Below, in pieces: positions 10,064-19,369 of a stretch of 64,000 nucleotides of DNA (position 1 is the first letter of the stretch; every line of letters begins with the position of its first letter). Source of the DNA: an uncultured Gemmatimonadales bacterium (GTDB taxonomy: Bacteria > Gemmatimonadota > Gemmatimonadetes > Longimicrobiales > RSA9); contig OY970192.1 in assembly GCA_963708135.1 (NCBI GenBank), positions 2,720,001-2,784,000 of the forward strand, read 5' to 3'. A program made the translations under genes and the position numbers. Below the pieces are notes generated by a model. The model did not search any database, was not told the DNA's origin, and saw nothing but the letters and a program-made list of their open reading frames with translations.

Positions 10064-10270
10064 GAGTGGGGGAGTGGGCGAGTGGGGGACGCGGCGGCTG
10101 CGCGGCTATCCTCCGGTTGCCGGGCGCGGAAGACGATCCCGGCGCTCGCGCGCACCGTGGCACCTGCGCACGCCGGCCGGGTCTGCCGGGCCCGGGAACG
10201 CGCGGCGCGCGTCGGCGTCGGCCCGTCTCCCACTCTCCCACTCCCCCACTCCCCCACTCTCCCACTCCCC
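10064..10270. repeat. REP-like element: G-rich octamer run (GAGTGGGN)n and inverted C-rich run (NCCCACTC)n
   Basis: gagtgggggagtgggcgagtggggg at about 10064-10088 and cccactctcccactcccccactc.. at about 10229-10270, between convergent genes. Confidence 0.75.
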
Positions 10271-10298
10271 GCCGGGGCGAGCGCCGCGGCGGCGCGGG

Positions 10299-12836
10299 CT
10301 ACTCCGAGATCTCCCGCAGGACGACCAGCGGCGCCTTGCGGAGCACGTCGCGGCTGTTGAAGAGGCCGACGGCCACCGTCAGGGCGGCGACGCCGGCCCA
10401 GAGCAGGAGCAGGCCGGGGACGGGGAGGCGGAACGGGAGGTGGAAGAAGCGGCTGACGAGGGCCCAGCCGGCGAGGCCGGCGAGCGCGCTGCCGGTGAGG
10501 GCGGCGAGCACGCCGAGGGCGAGGTACTCGGTGAGGAGCACCGTGCGGATCTGGCGGCGGCTGGCGCCGAGGGTCTTGAGCAGCGCGCTCTCGCGGGTGC
10601 GCTGGAAGCGCGACGTCGCCAGGGCGCCGATGAGCACGAGCACGCCGCCGCCGATGCTGAAGAGGGCGAGGAAGCGGATGGCGAGCGCGACTCTGGAGAG
10701 GATGGAGTCGAGCGTGCGCTGGAGCATCTGGAGGTCGAGCACGGAGACGTTCGGGTAGCGCTGGACCAGGTCGCGCTGGACCTCGGCGCGGCGGGTGGCA
10801 TCGGCGATGCGGGCGAGGGCGACGACGGTCTGCGGCGCCTGATCGAGGACGCCCGGCTCGAAGACGACGAAGAAGTTGGGCGCGAAGCGGCCCCAGTCCA
10901 CGTGGCGCAGGCTGGTGACCACGGAGGGGATGCTCGCGCCGTTGAAGTTCCAGGTGATGGTGTCGCCGAGGCCGACGCCGAGCTCCTGCGCGACTCCCTC
11001 GTCGACTGAGATCCTGGCCGGCTGGCCGGCGCGGTGGGGGCCGCGGAACCAGTGGCCGGCGGTGATCCGCTCCGTGGCCGTCATGGTGTCGCGGTAGGTG
11101 TTGCGGAACTCGCGGCGGAGCGCCCAGCGGTGCCGGTGGATGGTGGTGTCGGCCAGGATCTGCTGCACGCTGCGGCCGTTCACGGCGGCGATGCGGGCGG
11201 GCACGATCGGCGTGATCTCGTGGAGCGGCGCGCCGCGGGCGGTGAAGAGGCTGTCCACGCCGCGCACCTGGTCGGGCTGGACGTCGAAGAGCAGCACGTT
11301 GGCGCGCATGGTGTCGTCGCGGAGCCGGATCTTGTCGAGCAGGTTCCGCTGCACGAGGTACATGGTCCCGATCAGGAAGACGCCGAAGCCGAGCGAGAGG
11401 GTGACCGCCACGGTCTGGTTGTGGGGGCGAAACAGGTTGGAGACGCCCTGGCGGACCACGTAGCGGGCGCGCGTCGGGAAGAAGCGGCGGGTCGCGCGCA
11501 CGACGCCGAGGGCGACGAGCCAGAGCACGCCCACGGTGACGGCGAGCCCGCAGGCGAACGCGAGCCCCGTGCGCCACGTGGGCGCCTGCCAGATGCTGAG
11601 CGCGAGGATGCTCGCGGCGAGGGCGCCGTAGGCGACGCCGCGCAGCGGGTCGCGCGCCCGCTCCGCCGGCTCGAAGCCCTGCCGGAGCGCCTGGAGCGGG
11701 GTCACGTCGCGGATCGAGAGCAGCGGGATGAGCGCGAAGATGGCGGCGACCCAGAGGCCCACGACGAGGCCGGCCACGATCGCCGTCGCGTTCAGCGAGA
11801 AGCCCACATCGACGGGCAGGAACGGGCGCAGCACGGCGGGTAGCGCCGCCTGTGCGGCGATGCCGACCAGCACGCCGGCGGCCGAGCCGGCCAGGCCGAG
11901 GGCGGCGGCCTGGAGCAGGTAGGCGCCGAAGACCGTGCGCTGGCGGGCGCCCAGGCAGCGCAGCACGGCGACGGTCGGGATCTTCTCCTTGATGAAGACG
12001 TGGATCGCGCTGGCCACGCCAATGCCGCCGAGCAGCAGCGCGGTGAGCCCGATGAGCCCCAGGAAGCGGGAGAGGTTGCCGAGGTCCTCCGTCAGGTTCT
12101 CCGCCCGGTCCTCGGCCGTCGTGACGCCCACGTGCTGCTCGCGCAGGAGGTCGCGGTGCGCGGCGGTGAAGGCGTCCTGGGTGGCGCGCGCGGGCATGCG
12201 CACGTACGCCTCGTAGCGCGCCAGGGTGCCGAAGCGGACGAGCCCGGTGGCGGCCAGCTGGCGGGAGCCGATGAAGACGCGCGGGCCCACGGCGGTCTGG
12301 AAGCCGATCTCCGCGGGGGCGTCCACCGTGCCGGCGATGCGGAACCGGCTCTGGCCGATGGAGAGGGTGTCGCCGATGCGGACGCCGAGCTGCACGAGGA
12401 GCGCGGGATCGACGAGCGCGTCGCCGCTCGCGCGGAAGCGGGACCACAGCCCGGCGGGCTCGGTGGGGACGTCGCCGTAGAATGGCCAGCCGGGCTCGAC
12501 GGCCCGGAGCTGGATGAGCCGCGTCGCGCCGGTGCGGGGCGCGAGCGCCATGGAGACGAGGCCGGTGACGCGCGCCACGGAGTCGCCTGCCGCGGAGAGG
12601 GAGTCCACGAGCGCGGCTACGCTCGCCGGGAAGGGCGAGCTGGAGCTCAGGCGCAGGTCGGCGCCGAGCAGCTCCCGGGCCTGGCCCTGGATGGAGGCGG
12701 TGACGTTGGCGCGGAACGAGTTGATGGCCACGAGTGCGGCCACGCCGAGGGTGATCGCGCCCATGTAGAGCCCGAGCCGGCGGGCGCTGGCGCGCGTCTC
12801 GCGCCAGGCGTGCACGAGGGCGAACGGCGCGCTCAC
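10299..12836 (-). CDS. ABC transporter permease, YbbP-like (FtsX/MacB family)
   Basis: ARELLGADL, duplicated FtsX domains (VLRCLGA, LLKTLGA), PNFFVVF; next to a YbbA-like ATPase and TesA. Confidence 0.88.
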   Translation of the reverse strand: MSAPFALVHAWRETRASARRLGLYMGAITLGVAALVAINSFRANVTASIQGQARELLGADLRLSSSSPFPASVAALVDSLSAAGDSVARVTGLVSMALAPRTGATRLIQLRAVEPGWPFYGDVPTEPAGLWSRFRASGDALVDPALLVQLGVRIGDTLSIGQSRFRIAGTVDAPAEIGFQTAVGPRVFIGSRQLAATGLVRFGTLARYEAYVRMPARATQDAFTAAHRDLLREQHVGVTTAEDRAENLTEDLGNLSRFLGLIGLTALLLGGIGVASAIHVFIKEKIPTVAVLRCLGARQRTVFGAYLLQAAALGLAGSAAGVLVGIAAQAALPAVLRPFLPVDVGFSLNATAIVAGLVVGLWVAAIFALIPLLSIRDVTPLQALRQGFEPAERARDPLRGVAYGALAASILALSIWQAPTWRTGLAFACGLAVTVGVLWLVALGVVRATRRFFPTRARYVVRQGVSNLFRPHNQTVAVTLSLGFGVFLIGTMYLVQRNLLDKIRLRDDTMRANVLLFDVQPDQVRGVDSLFTARGAPLHEITPIVPARIAAVNGRSVQQILADTTIHRHRWALRREFRNTYRDTMTATERITAGHWFRGPHRAGQPARISVDEGVAQELGVGLGDTITWNFNGASIPSVVTSLRHVDWGRFAPNFFVVFEPGVLDQAPQTVVALARIADATRRAEVQRDLVQRYPNVSVLDLQMLQRTLDSILSRVALAIRFLALFSIGGGVLVLIGALATSRFQRTRESALLKTLGASRRQIRTVLLTEYLALGVLAALTGSALAGLAGWALVSRFFHLPFRLPVPGLLLLWAGVAALTVAVGLFNSRDVLRKAPLVVLREISE

Positions 12837-13531
12837 GTGCCGTCCTTGCGCTCGTCGGAGACGATGCGCCCGCTCGAGATGCGGACCACGCGCCGCGCCC
12901 GCGCCGCGAGCTCCTGGTCGTGAGTGACGAGCACGAGCGTGGTCCGGTACTCGCGGTTCAGCTCGACCATGAGGTCGATGATGCGCGCGCCCGTCTCCGA
13001 GTCGAGGTTGCCCGTCGGCTCGTCCGCGAAGAGGATCTTCGGCCGGTTGACGAACGCCCGCGCGAGCGCCACCCTTTGCTGCTCGCCGCCGGAGAGCTGG
13101 GCCGGGTAGTGGTCGAGCCGCCCGCCGAGCCCCACGCGCTCGAGCAGCGCCGTCACGCGCTCCCGGCGCTCGGCCGGGTGGGCGCCGCCCGTGCCCGCCA
13201 GCTCGAGCGGGACCAGCACGTTCTCCACTGCCGTCAGAGTGGGCAGCAGGTGGAAGGTCTGGAAGACGAAGCCGACGTTCGTCGCGCGAAAGCGGGCGCG
13301 CTCGTCCTCGCTCATGGCGTCCAGGTTGCGCCCGGCCAGCTCGACGTGCCCGGCGCTCGGACGGTCGAGCCCGGCGAGCAGGCCGAGCAGCGTCGTCTTG
13401 CCGCTGCCGGACGGGCCGACAATGGCGAGGAACGCCTCAGCCTCGACGTCGAGATCGATCCCGTGCAGCACCACGAGCGGCCGTCCGCCGCTCGTGTAGG
13501 TCTGCTCCAACCCCCTGACGACGATCATCAT
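12833..13531 (-). CDS. ABC transporter ATP-binding protein, YbbA/LolD-like
   Basis: GPSGSGKTT, LSGGEQQRVALARA, FADEPTGNLD, LVTHD. Confidence 0.92.
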   Translation of the reverse strand: MMIVVRGLEQTYTSGGRPLVVLHGIDLDVEAEAFLAIVGPSGSGKTTLLGLLAGLDRPSAGHVELAGRNLDAMSEDERARFRATNVGFVFQTFHLLPTLTAVENVLVPLELAGTGGAHPAERRERVTALLERVGLGGRLDHYPAQLSGGEQQRVALARAFVNRPKILFADEPTGNLDSETGARIIDLMVELNREYRTTLVLVTHDQELAARARRVVRISSGRIVSDERKDGT

Positions 13532-14345
13532 GCCGATCTCGATCCTCCCCGCGAAGCGGCTCCTCCCGTCCCTGCTCCTGCTCCTGGCCGCGTGCGGCGG
13601 AGGCGCGCCCGCCCGGCCCGGCGGCGGCCCGGCCACAGCCGACACCCTGCCGCAGGCGACGACCGCGCCGCCGGCCGCCGGATCCGCCGCCGCCACCACG
13701 GCCCCTGAAGCTACACCGCCGCGCGGCGCCCCACCACACGCCGCGGCCGATACCGCGCGGCCCATCGTGCTGTTCCTCGGCAACAGTCTGACGGCCGGGC
13801 TCGGGGTGGCGCCGGCGGAGGCCTACCCGGCGCTCGTGCAGCAGAAGATCGACTCCGCGGGGCTGGACTTCCGGGTCGTCAACGCCGGCGTGAGCGGCGA
13901 GACGACGGCCGACGGGCTGCGCCGCGTGGACTGGGTGCTGCGCGGGCCGGTGAAGGTCATGGTGCTCGAGCTCGGGGCGAACGACATGCTGCGCGGGCAG
14001 GACCTGGGCGCCGCGGAGAAGAACCTGCTCGAGATCGTGCGCCGCGCCCGCGCGAAGGTGCCCGGGCTGCGCGTCGTGATCGCCGGCATGGAGGCGCCGC
14101 CCAACCTCGGCCCCGCCTACACCGCCCGCTTCCACGCCATCTTCCCGGACCTGGCGCGGAAGAGCGACGCCGCGCTGATCCCGTTCCTCCTGGCCGGCGT
14201 GGCCGGCGACCCCCGGCTCAACCAGCCGGACCACATGCACCCCACGGCGGCCGGCCACAGGATCGTGGCGGAGAACGTCTGGAAGGTGCTCGAGCCTGTG
14301 CTGCGACGGGTGGCGGCGGGGGAGCGGGCGGCGGCGGGACGGTAG
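13530..14345 (+). CDS. Arylesterase/TesA-like SGNH hydrolase, lipoprotein
   Basis: LAAC lipobox, GNSLTAG, NAGVSGETT, ELGAND and DHMHP motifs. Confidence 0.9.
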   Translation: MPISILPAKRLLPSLLLLLAACGGGAPARPGGGPATADTLPQATTAPPAAGSAAATTAPEATPPRGAPPHAAADTARPIVLFLGNSLTAGLGVAPAEAYPALVQQKIDSAGLDFRVVNAGVSGETTADGLRRVDWVLRGPVKVMVLELGANDMLRGQDLGAAEKNLLEIVRRARAKVPGLRVVIAGMEAPPNLGPAYTARFHAIFPDLARKSDAALIPFLLAGVAGDPRLNQPDHMHPTAAGHRIVAENVWKVLEPVLRRVAAGERAAAGR

Positions 14346-14353
14346 GGCCTCGA

Positions 14354-14965
14354 CTGCGCCTTCTCGCGCGGGGGCTGAACGGACGGGATGGGGATGGGGG
14401 TGGGGTTCGGGATCGATGGCGGCGGCTGCCCGGGTACGCCGATCTCCGGTTGCGCTGCTCGCCGGCGCGCCGCACGCTCACGGCAACCCCGCGCCGCCGC
14501 CGCCCCGCTTCCACCCCCGACCCTTCCGCACCGGCCGACGGGGCGGACTGATCCTGCGCCTTCTCGCGCGGGGGCTGAACGGACGGGTTGGGGATGGGGT
14601 CGGGGTTCGGGATCGGCGAGGGCGGCTGCTCGGGTACGCCGATCTCCGGTGGCGGCTGCTCGCCGCCGCGCGCACGCTGCACGGCAACCCCGCGCCGCCG
14701 CCGCCCTGCTTCCACCCCCGACCCTTCCGCACCGTTAACCAAAACTAAAACCAAAACTAAAACCAGCCGACGGGTCGGACTGATCCTGCGCCTTCTCGCG
14801 CGGGGGCTGAACGGACGGGTTGGGGATGGGGTCGGGGTTCGGGATCGATGGCGGCGGCTGCCCGGGTACGCCGATCTCCGGTTGCGCTGCTCGCCGGCGC
14901 GCCGCACGCTCACGGCAACCCCGCGCCGCCGCCGCCCTGCTTCCGCCCGGCACCCGTCCGCACCG
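14354..14965. repeat. Three tandem units of about 200 bp upstream of second four-helix-bundle gene
   Basis: Units begin CTGCGCCTTCTCGCGCGGGGGCTGAACGGACGGG at 14354, 14554 and 14786. Confidence 0.92.
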
Positions 14966-15099
14966 GCGGGGCGACCGGTCCAGACATTCCGCCGCCCCGC
15001 AGGCGGCGCCAGGTTCGGGGAAAGCGGCGGGCGGCGGGGCGGCGAGGTGCCGCGCGGTCGATCCGCGGACGACTCCTGGCTCTGCCCGATTGGCCCGGC

Positions 15100-15462
15100 A
15101 TGACTCCGAGAGATGGGTTCGATCATGAACGGCTGGAGGTGTTCCAGGCGGCGATCCAGCTGGCAGTGCTGATCGATCAGGTGGTGGAGCGAATCGCGCC
15201 CGGGCGCGCCGAGCTCGCGGACCAGCTCCGGCGCGCATCCACGTCGGTGCCGCTGAACATCGCCGAGGGCGCCGGCGAGTTCAGCCCGAAGGAGAAAGCA
15301 CGCTTCTACCGGATGGCCCTGCGCTCGGCGACGGAGTGCGGCGCGATCCTCCTGCTCCTCGAGCGCCTTGGGCTGCCGATCGATCCCGCGCCTCGCCGGC
15401 TGCTGCTCAGGATCGTGCCGATGCTCGTCCGGCTCTGCCAGAATGGACGGCGGGCCGGCTGA
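15100..15462 (+). CDS. Four helix bundle protein (23S rRNA-IVP / Avd-like family), second paralog
   Basis: FDHERLEVF...DQLRRASTSVPLNIAEG...FYRMALRSATEC; 120 aa. Confidence 0.9.
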   Translation: MTPRDGFDHERLEVFQAAIQLAVLIDQVVERIAPGRAELADQLRRASTSVPLNIAEGAGEFSPKEKARFYRMALRSATECGAILLLLERLGLPIDPAPRRLLLRIVPMLVRLCQNGRRAG

Positions 15463-15675
15463 GAACATCGTCGGACCCGGGCGTTCCGGGTCACCCTGGC
15501 GCCCGGCTGCCGGAGGTGGTGCGGCCGGGTTCCGGGGCGGCGGTCGAGGGGCCGAGGGGGCCGAAGGTAGGTTCAGGGTGGTAGCCGGCCGACGCGGGGT
15601 GGGGTTCGCAGTGAGCCCTCCGCGCGCCAGCGACGTTCCCCGCCGGAAGCACGCGCACCCGGGCGGCCCGCCGTG

Positions 15676-15713
15676 TCGATCCCGATCCCCGACCCCAACC
15701 CCAACCCGTCCGT
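15676..15713. repeat. Inverted copy of the G-rich arm of the 14354-14965 unit
   Basis: Reverse complement matches 14811-14848 at 36 of 38 nt. Confidence 0.88.
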
Positions 15714-15736
15714 CGGGACGCCCGGATGAGCCCGGC

Positions 15737-17608
15737 TCACCCGGCGGCCTGCCTCCCGCCGCCGCTCGCCCGCAGCGCGTTCAGGATGACGGCGACGTCG
15801 ATCGCCTCCTGCGCCAGCGCGCCGACCGTGGGCGGGATCATGCCGAAGGCGGCGAACACCATCCCGACCGCGCTGAGGCCGAGGCCGACCCAGATGCTCT
15901 GGCGCGCGATGCGCAACGTGCGCCGGCTGGTGCGCAGCGCCTCGACCACGCGGTCGAGCTCGTCCACCAGGATCACGATCTCGGCCGCCTCGGTGGTGAT
16001 CCCGCCGCCGTGGCCGGCCAGCGCGATGCCCACGTCGGCGGTGCTGAGGGCGGGGGCGTCGTTGGTGCCGTCGCCGACCATGACCACGCCGTCGTGGCCG
16101 CGCCGCAGGTCCCGGATGGCGGCCACCTTGTCCTCGGGGAGCAGTTCGCCCCGGGCATCCTCGATGCCGAGCTCGTCGGCGATCGCGCGCGTGTGGCTCG
16201 CGTGGTCGCCGGAGAGCAGGACGGTGCGGCGGATCCCGAGCCGGCGCAGGTCGGCGAACACCTCGGCCGTCCCCGGCCGCAGGCGGTCCGCGAAGCGGAT
16301 CATGCCGGCGGCCCCTCCATCCACGGCCACGTACGCCCTGAGCCCCGTCCACGTCTCGCCCAGCGCGGTGAGCGTGGGCACGGCGTCGGGGGCGAGCAGC
16401 GCGATGTAGCCCAGCGAGCCGACGGCGACGCGGCGGCCGGCCACGTCGCCTTCCACCCCGCGACCCGGCGACTCCGTGACGTGCAGCCCGGCGCCCGGGC
16501 GGATGCCGCGCGCCTCGGCGGCGGCCACCACGGTGCGGGCGAGCAGGTGGCTGGAGGCCTGCTCGGCCGTGGCGGCCAGGCGCAGCAGCTCGTCGGCGCT
16601 GAAGCCGGGTGCGGGGTCGAGTCCGGAGACCTGCGGCTGCCCGATCGTCAGCGTGCCGGTCTTGTCGAAGACGACGATGGTGGCGCCCGCCAGCTGCTCG
16701 AGGGCGCCGCCGTTCCGCACGATCACCTGGCGCCGCGCCGCCCGGTTGATGCCGCCGATGATCGCCACGGGCGTGGCCAGGATCAGTGGACAGGGCGTGG
16801 CGATGACGAGCACGGCCAGCACCCGCACCGGGTCGTGCGTGAGCAGGAGGACCAAGCCGCAGAAGAGGAGCGTGATGGGCGTGAACCAAACGGCGTAGCG
16901 GTCGGCCAGGCGCTGGAGCGGCGACTTGCTCTCCTGCGCGGTGCGCACGAGCTCCACGATGCGCGCGTACTGGCTTTCGCGGGCGAGGGCCGTGGCGCGC
17001 AGCCGCAGCGAGCCCTCGCCGTTCACGCTGCCGCTCAGCAGGTGCGCGCCCGCCTCGGTCGGCACGCCCATCGGCTCGCCCGTGAGCCGCGAGGCGTCCA
17101 CGTGCGAGCGGCCATCGACCACCACGCCGTCGCACGGCACCAGCTCGCCCGGCCGGACGAGCAGCAGGTCGCCGACCGCCACCGCGTCGGCCGGCACGTC
17201 CTCGAGCGCGCCGTCGCGCACCCGGTGCGCGTGCCGCGGCGCCGCCTCCTCGAGCTCGCGGACGGCCCGCGAGGCACGGCCCTCCGCGTAGCGCTCGAGC
17301 GACTCGCCGCCCGTCTGCATCAGCACCACCACGAGGCCCGCGAGCGGCTCGTTCAGCAGCACCGCCGCCAGCACCGCCAGGGAAGCGACGAGGTCCGCCG
17401 CGAATTTCCCGCGCAGCGCCCCGCGCAGCGTGCCCAGGACCACCGGCGCGCCGACCAGGATGAGCCCCGCCTCGAGCGTAAGGTGGCCCCACCGCTCCAG
17501 CCCCGGGAGGAAGCGCAGGGTCGTGCCCACCAGGATGAACGCCAGCGCGGCGGCCGGGAACAGCACGGCCCCGCGGCGACGATCCATGGCCGGCAGCCGG
17601 CGGCTCAC
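15737..17608 (-). CDS. Heavy-metal translocating P-type ATPase, P1B-5-type motifs
   Basis: TGE, TPCP, DKTGT and GDGTND; QSIWVGLGLSAVGM and PTVGALAQEAIDVAVILN; GTG start after AGGAGG. Confidence 0.92.
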   Translation of the reverse strand: MSRRLPAMDRRRGAVLFPAAALAFILVGTTLRFLPGLERWGHLTLEAGLILVGAPVVLGTLRGALRGKFAADLVASLAVLAAVLLNEPLAGLVVVLMQTGGESLERYAEGRASRAVRELEEAAPRHAHRVRDGALEDVPADAVAVGDLLLVRPGELVPCDGVVVDGRSHVDASRLTGEPMGVPTEAGAHLLSGSVNGEGSLRLRATALARESQYARIVELVRTAQESKSPLQRLADRYAVWFTPITLLFCGLVLLLTHDPVRVLAVLVIATPCPLILATPVAIIGGINRAARRQVIVRNGGALEQLAGATIVVFDKTGTLTIGQPQVSGLDPAPGFSADELLRLAATAEQASSHLLARTVVAAAEARGIRPGAGLHVTESPGRGVEGDVAGRRVAVGSLGYIALLAPDAVPTLTALGETWTGLRAYVAVDGGAAGMIRFADRLRPGTAEVFADLRRLGIRRTVLLSGDHASHTRAIADELGIEDARGELLPEDKVAAIRDLRRGHDGVVMVGDGTNDAPALSTADVGIALAGHGGGITTEAAEIVILVDELDRVVEALRTSRRTLRIARQSIWVGLGLSAVGMVFAAFGMIPPTVGALAQEAIDVAVILNALRASGGGRQAAG

Positions 17609-17769
17609 GGCGCATGCCTCCTTCGCGATGGAACTCTCACGGCCCTCTCCTGCGTTGGCGCCCGCTCCCGCCAAGCTAGGCCATCCACGCGGGCCCGGTT
17701 GTCGGGCGTTCCCCGGCGGCGGTGTCGGGAGATCCTCGGCTTGCCCCGGAGCCGCCCCTTCCCCGCGCC

Positions 17770-17990
17770 GAGAGTGGGAGAGTGGGCGAGCGGGGGAGTG
17801 GGAGCAGCGCCGGGCGAGGCAGCGTTCCGGCGGCTGACCTCGGCTCCGCTGGACGCCCGCGGCCGATCGCTCCGGGTTCCCGGCACCGCCAGCGGACGTG
17901 AACCGCCGCGAGCGAGGCCAGGCCCGGGACGCCCGGCCGCCGCAATCGCCGCCCGGTCTCCCCACTGCCCCGCTCTCCCGCTCCCGTTCT
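17770..17990. repeat. Octamer REP-like element (GAGTGGGN run and degenerate inverted run)
   Basis: gagagtgggagagtgggcgagcgggggagtgggag at about 17770-17803; C-rich counterpart at about 17957-17990. Confidence 0.6.
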
Positions 17991-18116
17991 CGCACGGGTC
18001 CTGCGGGTGACGCCGACCGAGCCGCTCGATGGCCGGATCCTGTGGCCGGCGCTGCGCGAGCCGGCGCCCGCCGCGGACGCGCCGGCGCGCCCCTGAGCCC
18101 ACACGCAAGGAGCCCG

Positions 18117-19067
18117 ATGCCCGTCCCTTCCCCCGCCACCGTGCGCGCCCTCGCGGCGCGCTTGGGCGAGGACCGCCTCGAGCGGGATGTGCCGCTGGCG
18201 CCCTACACGACCTTCAGGATCGGCGGCCCGGCGGACCTCCTCTACCGCGCCCGCAGCGCCGACGAGCTGGCCGGCGCCGTGCTGGCGGCGCGCGAGCTCG
18301 AGGTGCCCCATTTCCTGCTGGGCAGCGGCGCCAACATCCTGGTCGGCGACCGCGGCTTCCGCGGCCTCGTGATCCGCAGCGAGGTCGGCGGCATCGAGTT
18401 CCTCGACGGCGACCGCGTGCGGGCGGGCGCCGGCGTGCAGATCTTCCACGACCTCATCGTCGCCACGGTCCGGCGCGGGCTGGGCGGGCTGCACCACTAC
18501 GTCGGCATCCCCAGTACGGTGGGCGGCGCCATCTGGCAGAACCTGCACTTCCTCTCGCCCCCGCCCGCGCGCGAGCGCACCGTCTTCATCGCGGAGGTGG
18601 TCGAGAGCTGCGCGCTGCTCACGGCCGGGGGCGAGCGCCGCACCGTGGACGCGGACTACCTCCGCTTCGGCTACGACACGAGCATTTTGCACGAGCGGCC
18701 GGACGTGGTGCTCGACGTCACGTTCCGGCTGGAGCCAGCGCCCGAGGCCGAGCTCCGCCACGTGATGCGCGAGAACCTGAAGTGGCGCGATGACAAGCAC
18801 CCCGACCTGTGGCTCTACCCCTGCGCCGGCTCGATCTTCCAGAAGATCGAGGGCGTGGGCGCCGGCCGGCTCATCGACCAGTGCGGCCTCAAGGGCCGCC
18901 TCCATGGCGGCGCGGAGATCTTCCACAAGCACGCCAACATCATCGTGAACCTCGGCGGCGCCACCGCAGGCGACGTCCGCGCCCTCATCGACCTCGCCCA
19001 GCGCACCGTCCGCGAGCAGCTCGGCTACGAGCTCACCCCCGAGATCGGCTTCATCGGCGAATTCTAG
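18117..19067 (+). CDS. murB: UDP-N-acetylenolpyruvoylglucosamine reductase
   Basis: TTFRIGGPA, LGSGANILV, GIPSTVGGA, AGSIF and HANIIVN motifs. Confidence 0.92.
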   Translation: MPVPSPATVRALAARLGEDRLERDVPLAPYTTFRIGGPADLLYRARSADELAGAVLAARELEVPHFLLGSGANILVGDRGFRGLVIRSEVGGIEFLDGDRVRAGAGVQIFHDLIVATVRRGLGGLHHYVGIPSTVGGAIWQNLHFLSPPPARERTVFIAEVVESCALLTAGGERRTVDADYLRFGYDTSILHERPDVVLDVTFRLEPAPEAELRHVMRENLKWRDDKHPDLWLYPCAGSIFQKIEGVGAGRLIDQCGLKGRLHGGAEIFHKHANIIVNLGGATAGDVRALIDLAQRTVREQLGYELTPEIGFIGEF

Positions 19068-19074
19068 GATCATT

Positions 19075-19369
19075 TCACGCGGAGCCGCAGAGGCGCGCGG
19101 AGGCGCGGGAGATGCAGGCCTGCTCGCCCGCCGATCGCGCCGGGATGAGCAAGCGACATTTTCATTTGCCACGCTCCCGCCCCTGTCGGAATCTGATCGA
19201 GCGGTTTCCGCTTCGGGTGTCGAGGGGGCCGGCCGGTGACCATTCGCGGGGTGGGTGGCGGTCGGGAAAACAGGGCATGGAAGCATCGGCCGCGTGGCCG
19301 CTTCCACGGGCAGGCTCGCTTCCGCCGCCGCGAACCTCCGCGGCTCCGCTCCTCTGCGCCTCCGCGTGA
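19075..19369. repeat. MITE/REP-like 295-bp element with 19-bp terminal inverted repeats
   Basis: TCACGCGGAGCCGCAGAGG (19075-19093) vs CCTCTGCGCCTCCGCGTGA (19351-19369), 1 mismatch. Confidence 0.7.

Noticed and set aside
2145..15462. Diversity-generating retroelement (Avd-like genes)
   Set aside because: No reverse transcriptase in the window and no TR/VR pair with adenine-specific mismatches.
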